Source: Naegleria gruberi (lineage: Eukaryota). Taken from it: a DNA stretch of 64,000 nucleotides. A model generated the notes under the pieces. That model saw only the letters and a program-made list of their open reading frames with translations. It had not been told where the DNA came from and searched no databases. Both the position numbers and the translations under genes were made by a program. Positions 58,447 to 64,000 of this stretch are shown here, one piece after another (the first letter of the stretch is position 1; each line of letters begins with the position of its first letter). The stretch is from assembly GCA_000004985.1 (NCBI GenBank), contig GG738846.1; one strand, 5' to 3'.

Positions 58447-60366
58447 ATGAGTTCATCCGCATCAATACAACTGCCCAATCCTAACAGTTCCTCTCATATC
58501 AAAGTTGTTCCTCTCGGAGCTGGGCAAGATGTCGGAAGAAGTTGTGTCATTGTTACAATTGGAAGAAAAACAATCATGTTTGATTGTGGTATGCATATGG
58601 GATATAATGATGAGAGAAGATTTCCTGATTTTAAATTCATCTCAAAAAATGGACAATTCACTCAAACAATTGATTGTGTGATTATTTCTCACTTTCATCT
58701 TGATCATTGTGGTGCTTTGCCATATTTTACAGAAGTTTGTGGTTATGATGGTCCGATCTATATGACTTATCCAACTAAAGCTATTGCTCCAATCCTGTTA
58801 GAGGATTTTCGTAGAGTGATGGTAGATAGAAAAGGCGATAATTTAAATCAAGGATTTTTCTCTTCGGAAGATGTAAAAAATTGTATCAAGAAGGTTCAAC
58901 CACTCAATTTACACCAAACAATAATTCTAGATGATGAATTGGAAATTAAACCATATTATGCTGGACATGTTTTAGGAGCAGCAATGTTTTACGTCAAAGA
59001 TTTGGCAACTGGGGCTAGTGTTGTTTATACAGGCGATTATAACATGACTGCTGACAGACATTTGGGAAGTGCTACAATTGATAGATGCAGGCCTGATTTA
59101 TTAATTACAGAAACTACATATGCTACCACAATAAGAGATTCAAAAAGCAGTAGAGAACGTGATTTTTGTAAACAAGTGTATGATACCGTTGTAAATAAGA
59201 AAGGAAAAGTCTTGATTCCAGTATTTGCGTTGGGAAGAGTCCAAGAATTATGTATTCTATTAGAAACGTATTGGGAACGAAAAAATCTTGGAAAGAGTGT
59301 TCCCATTTACTTTTCTGCTGGTATGGTAGAAAAAGCCAACTATTACTATCAACTTTATATTAATTGGACAAATGAGAAAATCAAAACTACACTCTTTGAC
59401 CAAAAGCGAAATCTCTTCAATTTCAGTAATATACAATCATTTGAAAGATTTTTAATGGATAATCCTGGACCTATGGTTTTATTTGCAACTCCTGGTATGT
59501 TACATGCTGGTATGTCTTTGGAGGTTTTCAAGAAATGGGCTCCTGGTGAAAATAACAAGGTAATTTTGCCTGGTTATTGTGTTGAAGGAACTGTAGGAAA
59601 TAAGGTTTTACGTAATAAGGATTTAAAATCTTCTAAAATAGAAATTGACTCTAGGACAGTTATTGATATGAGATGTGAGGTAAAAGCCATTTCATTCAGT
59701 GCACACGCAGATGCTAAAGGTATTTTACAATTGATTAGAACTGCTCAACCAAAGAATGTCATGTTAGTACATGGAGAACGAGACAAGATGGCGTTTTTCA
59801 AAAAGAAAATTGAATCTGAATTTAAAATTCCTTGTTTTGATCCACCTAATGGAGGTACAATCAAAATCAAAACAACATCACAAGTCGCTTCAGTCAATGT
59901 GAGTCTGAACTTGTTGAAAAGGACACTCTCCTCTACACCTCTTCCACATGATACTGAAACGATGAAACAAGTAGTAGCAGAACCAAAAAAGAAGAGAATA
60001 GAAGGTATTTTAATATCAAAATCGAATGGATTTTCAAATCTGCCCGATCTCTCACTTCTTGAACCGAGCCAGGCAGCAAGAGAATTGGGACTGAGACAAC
60101 ACAAACTAAGCTTTAGTAGAAGGATATCAACCAATTTAGGATATGATGTATTAAGATCTGTACTCTCAATAATGGTTAATCAATTTGGAAAGGAATTTGT
60201 AAATTATAATCCTCCTTCCCCAATAACTTTTAAGAGTATCAAAATTTCATTCGAAGAAAGCACCCAATCTCTACATGTAAATTGGCTTCTTACTGACGAA
60301 GTGGAAGGTGAGAGAATTTGTCAATTATTAGAAAATCACCTCTCTTCTTTAAAGCTCAACCAATAA
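58447..60366 (+). CDS. INTS11: Integrator complex subunit 11 (INTS11; CPSF73-like MBL/beta-CASP endonuclease)
   Basis: VVPLGAGQDVGRSCVIVTIGRK, DCVIISHFHLDHCGALPYF, YYAGHVLGAAMF, FSAHADAKGILQLI and VMLVHGE give very high identity to human INTS11. This is clearly closer to INTS11 than to the CPSF3 paralogue. Confidence 0.9.
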   Translation: MSSSASIQLPNPNSSSHIKVVPLGAGQDVGRSCVIVTIGRKTIMFDCGMHMGYNDERRFPDFKFISKNGQFTQTIDCVIISHFHLDHCGALPYFTEVCGYDGPIYMTYPTKAIAPILLEDFRRVMVDRKGDNLNQGFFSSEDVKNCIKKVQPLNLHQTIILDDELEIKPYYAGHVLGAAMFYVKDLATGASVVYTGDYNMTADRHLGSATIDRCRPDLLITETTYATTIRDSKSSRERDFCKQVYDTVVNKKGKVLIPVFALGRVQELCILLETYWERKNLGKSVPIYFSAGMVEKANYYYQLYINWTNEKIKTTLFDQKRNLFNFSNIQSFERFLMDNPGPMVLFATPGMLHAGMSLEVFKKWAPGENNKVILPGYCVEGTVGNKVLRNKDLKSSKIEIDSRTVIDMRCEVKAISFSAHADAKGILQLIRTAQPKNVMLVHGERDKMAFFKKKIESEFKIPCFDPPNGGTIKIKTTSQVASVNVSLNLLKRTLSSTPLPHDTETMKQVVAEPKKKRIEGILISKSNGFSNLPDLSLLEPSQAARELGLRQHKLSFSRRISTNLGYDVLRSVLSIMVNQFGKEFVNYNPPSPITFKSIKISFEESTQSLHVNWLLTDEVEGERICQLLENHLSSLKLNQ

Positions 60367-60457
60367 AACCATCACACCACAACAGCCACGTAATTTTTCT
60401 ACCAACAATAATTTAAAAATAATGCAATAACATCATCACCAACACAATAACATCATC

Positions 60458-62311
60458 ATGAACAAGAAAGCAAAAACAATTTTATACCTAGTGTTGGCCC
60501 TATTTGTATTCTATGTTTTGTATAATTTTTATATTTATACTTTCCTGATAGATATGGATAGGAATACACCTTCTACTAGTAATGTGATAGTAAATCCTAA
60601 ACAAGATACACCTACCGATGGTGGAAAACAAGAAATTAGACCTGTGCATAATCCAGTCATCAAGAGTGATGCAACAGGAAAGGATCAAATTTATAAAATT
60701 AGTGAATATCATCCAATTTATGAACAGTTCGTAAAGGAGGAAATACAATCGGAATATCATCCTAGCTCTTTTATAATTGCAATTGTTGCAACAAAGAGAC
60801 CATATTATTTGGAAGCTACTTTGCGTTCACTTCAACAAGTTCTTTACTATAATCCTAAGAATACTTATATTTACCAATATGGAGATGATAAAGTTATTAA
60901 TCAAATTGCAAGAAAATATGATATTTCAATGATTCATAATCAAATTTTAACTTCATATGAGGGAAGACAGTTGACTGAAGGAGCTGAACATATTTCCCTT
61001 CACTACAAATATATTATTGGTCACGTATTCGATAATCATAAGGATGTTAAGCATTTCATTATTGTTGAAGATGACATGTTATTTGCTCCAGATTTTCTCT
61101 TATATTTTGCTCAAACAGCCAAATTTCTTCATGAGGATGAGTCTATTTATGCAATTAGTGCTTATAATGACAATGGTATGAGAGGAAAAGTTAAATATGA
61201 CAATATGGTTTACAGAACTGATTTTATGATTGGTCTAGGCTGGTTAGTTTCGAGAAGAATATGGGAAAAAGAATGGAGATACAAGTGGCCAAGATCACAT
61301 TGGGACCATTTCTTACGGGCAGACAATAACAGACTAGGTAGACAAATTATTTTCCCTGAAGTTCCTAGAATCTATCACTCTGGTTACACTGGTACTCACT
61401 CTACTGTTGCTTTATATGAAAGATATTTCAGAAACCACTTGCTAAATCCAAATGGATTTTCACCATTAGGTATTGCAAGGGATCATTATCAAAATGGTGA
61501 ATATGCAATGTTCGACCTAGAAAGAACAACTACAAAATATACACTCGAATACTTGAGAAAAGAAAACTATGCAAAATTTATCAAACACTTGTTATTTGAA
61601 GATCCTAATATTGTCTACGTTAGCGATCCTGATACAATTATTAATTATCAAGGAAAAATTATTGTCATTGCATATAGTACACAGAATCCTCATGTTAATA
61701 ATGAATGGGTTTCTATTTCAGAATATTTTGAATTGTGGCACTCAACACCAATTAGAGATGAATACAATGGTGTAATGCTGTTTAGATGGTCTGATAATAT
61801 GATATTAATTGTTGGTAGTTATTCTCCTTTCTATGCAGAAACTTGTGGAAAAGCTGGTTCTCATTGTCCAGCCCCTATTTCAAAATTCCACAAGGATTCA
61901 AATTGGTCTCTGCCAAAGAAAGATAGCATAATTACTTTTGCCATTTCAAAACAAGGTCAATCCTGTTCATCTTACTGTAAGCAAGGGTTTAATATGGAAT
62001 GCTATCGTTTCTCATTTGAAGAGATGAACAGTTGTAAATTTTTGAGAAAATTTGTGGGACAGGAATGCACCGAATGTATACCAAGTTCTGGACCTGACCA
62101 ACCAGCCATTGATGTAGACAGTAAACAGTGTCTCTTTAATGGAGGTGGTAGAGGTAAATTTATTTCTACATGTGAAGCTTATCATGTCAATACTAAGAGA
62201 ATTTGTCCATGTTTTGATGAAAAAAAGACAATTATTTTGAGGGAAGAATGGGAAGATATAATCGCTCAATCCCAATACGCTGCTACACACATTGTACCAA
62301 AGATTGAGTAA
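60458..62311 (+). CDS. type II membrane glycosyltransferase family 13 (GlcNAc-transferase I / POMGNT1-like) with a Cys-rich C-terminal extension
   Basis: N-terminal signal anchor, then FIIVEDDMLFAPDFLLYF, ISAYNDNG and YRTDFMIGLGWLVSRRIWE align with the MGAT1 catalytic core. About 150 extra C-terminal residues carry more than 14 Cys. Confidence 0.8.
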   Translation: MNKKAKTILYLVLALFVFYVLYNFYIYTFLIDMDRNTPSTSNVIVNPKQDTPTDGGKQEIRPVHNPVIKSDATGKDQIYKISEYHPIYEQFVKEEIQSEYHPSSFIIAIVATKRPYYLEATLRSLQQVLYYNPKNTYIYQYGDDKVINQIARKYDISMIHNQILTSYEGRQLTEGAEHISLHYKYIIGHVFDNHKDVKHFIIVEDDMLFAPDFLLYFAQTAKFLHEDESIYAISAYNDNGMRGKVKYDNMVYRTDFMIGLGWLVSRRIWEKEWRYKWPRSHWDHFLRADNNRLGRQIIFPEVPRIYHSGYTGTHSTVALYERYFRNHLLNPNGFSPLGIARDHYQNGEYAMFDLERTTTKYTLEYLRKENYAKFIKHLLFEDPNIVYVSDPDTIINYQGKIIVIAYSTQNPHVNNEWVSISEYFELWHSTPIRDEYNGVMLFRWSDNMILIVGSYSPFYAETCGKAGSHCPAPISKFHKDSNWSLPKKDSIITFAISKQGQSCSSYCKQGFNMECYRFSFEEMNSCKFLRKFVGQECTECIPSSGPDQPAIDVDSKQCLFNGGGRGKFISTCEAYHVNTKRICPCFDEKKTIILREEWEDIIAQSQYAATHIVPKIE

Positions 62312-62336
62312 AAGAATCCATAACATAAGGAGTTTT

Positions 62337-63992
62337 TTAATGTGTTCTATCATTATTTGGTGATAATTGATTTTGAGATTGTCTTGAAACATTTGCTCTA
62401 CTCATTGAGGTAAATTCTTCTGCAGATCCTGGTGGCTCATCTTCAAATTTGACATAAACTAACTCTTTTTTGTGCACATCATATTTCCACCTTCCAGTAA
62501 TGATGTCTTGGATCTGCTTATTCAATTGTTCAATCTTTTGTATGAGCATTACATTTTCATTGGAGAGTTTTTGTATTGATTGTGATTGATCAAATCTCAA
62601 ACTTTCACCAACCATTCTAATATCCACATTATGTGATAACAACTCTTCCACCTTTACCTCTAAACTTTTCAATTGGTTCGTTAACATGAACTCTTTCCTC
62701 TTGTAAGATATTTTCAAGTACGAGATATAGTTCAATAACTTGTCAAATTCCTCCTCAAAGCTACCACCCTTAGATGTCTTGACAGAAAGATGAGGAGTTT
62801 TTGGAGTTTCTTCGAGAATTGTGTTCAGACCTCCCAAAGTTTCTGGAAATAGTTTGTGTGTTATGATTAGGCAATCCTTTTGTTTCATTGTAAACTTTGA
62901 ATAATGATATACTGGATCAATTTCTGCTCTAACAAATAAATCTTCCAAAATTGGAATCATTTGATCATCAATTGATGTTCCAACTTTTGACATTCTTTTA
63001 ATCAACTCCCTATCAGCTTCACAAATTTTTGGAAGAGATTTTCTAGGGGGATCCACAGTTACTTTCTTTCTTTTCTTAACTGCACTTGGTAGTCTCTCGT
63101 TTGGAACAATGGTGGATAGAGAAACAGAGACTAAAAAGTCAGAGGAAGCTACCGATGAGTCACTACTTCTTGTAGAGTAAATAACTTCACTGTCCTCTTC
63201 TCTTTCTGGAAGATCTAGTTTTGGAAGTTTGATTGGAATTCTAGGAGAGACAGACATTAATCTCTCGGTTGTTTGAGTGAACTGAGATGATTGTACTGAT
63301 GTTTGTGAAGCCACAATAGGAAATGATTGTCTGATATTTCCTTGAACTGTTGGATCAGATCTTACACGTTCAAATGAAAGCCTTGGAAGGGGTTTTGGTG
63401 GAGTTTCTTTTTCGGCACTTTTTTTGTGTGTTTGAGAATTCTTTTTCTGTAAAGGTTTAGGAGTTGAATCTTCTGTATTCTTATTCTTTGTAGGAGGCGT
63501 TTCTCTCTTTTTCTCTTGTTGTTTTTTGATTCTAGTAAACTCTGGAGTTTTAGACTTTGTCTTTTTACTCTCATTCACATTACGAGGCGAGAAGACTTGT
63601 TCTAACATGTCAACAGGATTATCAATTGGTCTTTCCTTAACCACATCCCTTGCTATTTCAATAGGAGGAAGAGGGCTGGACTTGTCTTCAATAAATTCTA
63701 AAGTTTCATCAAGTGGTAATGTTTGGCTCTCCCTTGTTTCTATTTCTATGGATACATTGGGTTCATTAGATACATTTGGCTCTGTATCAGATTTGAGAGG
63801 CGCAAACTCTTCAATTTGGTCATCTATTCGTTGCTTGGATGTTGGTGGGGCTTTTCCCTCCATTCCTGCAAAGGAAAGAGGAGGTTGTATTGGAGATTGA
63901 GAGGATATCGATATGGACGAAGATGATGATAGTTTGATAGGTGTTTGAATATGTGAGTTATGTACTTGTGGTGTACGATTGGGGCTCTGCAT
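62337..63992 (-). CDS. coiled-coil protein with a basic Ser/Pro-rich N-terminal half (may extend 5' beyond the window end)
   Basis: 551-aa ORF. The frame is open from the first Met to the window edge. No domain recognised. Confidence 0.4.
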   Translation of the reverse strand: MQSPNRTPQVHNSHIQTPIKLSSSSSISISSQSPIQPPLSFAGMEGKAPPTSKQRIDDQIEEFAPLKSDTEPNVSNEPNVSIEIETRESQTLPLDETLEFIEDKSSPLPPIEIARDVVKERPIDNPVDMLEQVFSPRNVNESKKTKSKTPEFTRIKKQQEKKRETPPTKNKNTEDSTPKPLQKKNSQTHKKSAEKETPPKPLPRLSFERVRSDPTVQGNIRQSFPIVASQTSVQSSQFTQTTERLMSVSPRIPIKLPKLDLPEREEDSEVIYSTRSSDSSVASSDFLVSVSLSTIVPNERLPSAVKKRKKVTVDPPRKSLPKICEADRELIKRMSKVGTSIDDQMIPILEDLFVRAEIDPVYHYSKFTMKQKDCLIITHKLFPETLGGLNTILEETPKTPHLSVKTSKGGSFEEEFDKLLNYISYLKISYKRKEFMLTNQLKSLEVKVEELLSHNVDIRMVGESLRFDQSQSIQKLSNENVMLIQKIEQLNKQIQDIITGRWKYDVHKKELVYVKFEDEPPGSAEEFTSMSRANVSRQSQNQLSPNNDRTH

Positions 63993-64000
63993 TGGTGTTT

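Noticed and set aside
1-64000. Dictyostelid (social amoeba) origin, suggested by poly-Asn/Gln proteins and an AT-rich genome
   Set aside because: IFT25 and IFT144 genes imply cilia or flagella, which dictyostelids lack. Intergenic regions are about 30 percent GC rather than the 10-15 percent typical of Dictyostelium.
1-64000. Prokaryote-style defence islands, CRISPR arrays or large mobile elements
   Set aside because: No direct-repeat/spacer architecture, no transposase or integrase ORFs and no long terminal or inverted repeats were seen. All recognisable genes are eukaryotic with spliceosomal introns.

Overview
This window is eukaryotic nuclear DNA. It is AT-rich by eye, gene-dense (about 40 protein-coding genes in 64 kb) and has short spliceosomal introns of roughly 35-130 nt. 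Intron donors are mostly GTAAGT or GTATGT, and most genes are intronless or have one or two introns. There is no rRNA and no CRISPR array. The only RNA-like element is a truncated tRNA-like fragment. I saw no large transposon.

Genes I can recognise by sequence similarity:
- EF-1alpha
- mitochondrial phosphate carrier and a folate/FAD-type mitochondrial carrier
- the C-terminus of FAD-dependent glycerol-3-phosphate dehydrogenase
- CHID1 (a GH18 chitinase-domain protein)
- an ApoD-like lipocalin
- NAPE-PLD
- ERGIC3/Erv46
- aspartate dehydrogenase (ASPDH)
- IFT25 and IFT144/WDR19
- proteasome subunit RPN6/PSMD11
- NOP14
- spermidine synthase
- Integrator subunit 11
- a GT13 GlcNAc-transferase-I-like enzyme
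- a COBW/ZNG1-like protein
- a Rubicon-like protein (RUN + atypical bromodomain + RH domain)
- an NB-ARC-like STAND P-loop NTPase, directly followed (about 10 nt) by a minimal ENaC/degenerin-like channel gene

Lineage inference: EF-1alpha lacks the opisthokont-specific insertion, while intraflagellar-transport and Integrator genes are present. This points to a flagellated non-opisthokont protist, possibly a heterolobosean such as Naegleria. That assignment is inference only.

Coordinates of whole ORFs follow the supplied six-frame track. Intron boundaries were read by eye and may be off by a few nucleotides. Several track ORFs begin with TTG or GTG translated as Met, so the real ATG can lie a few codons inside the listed start.
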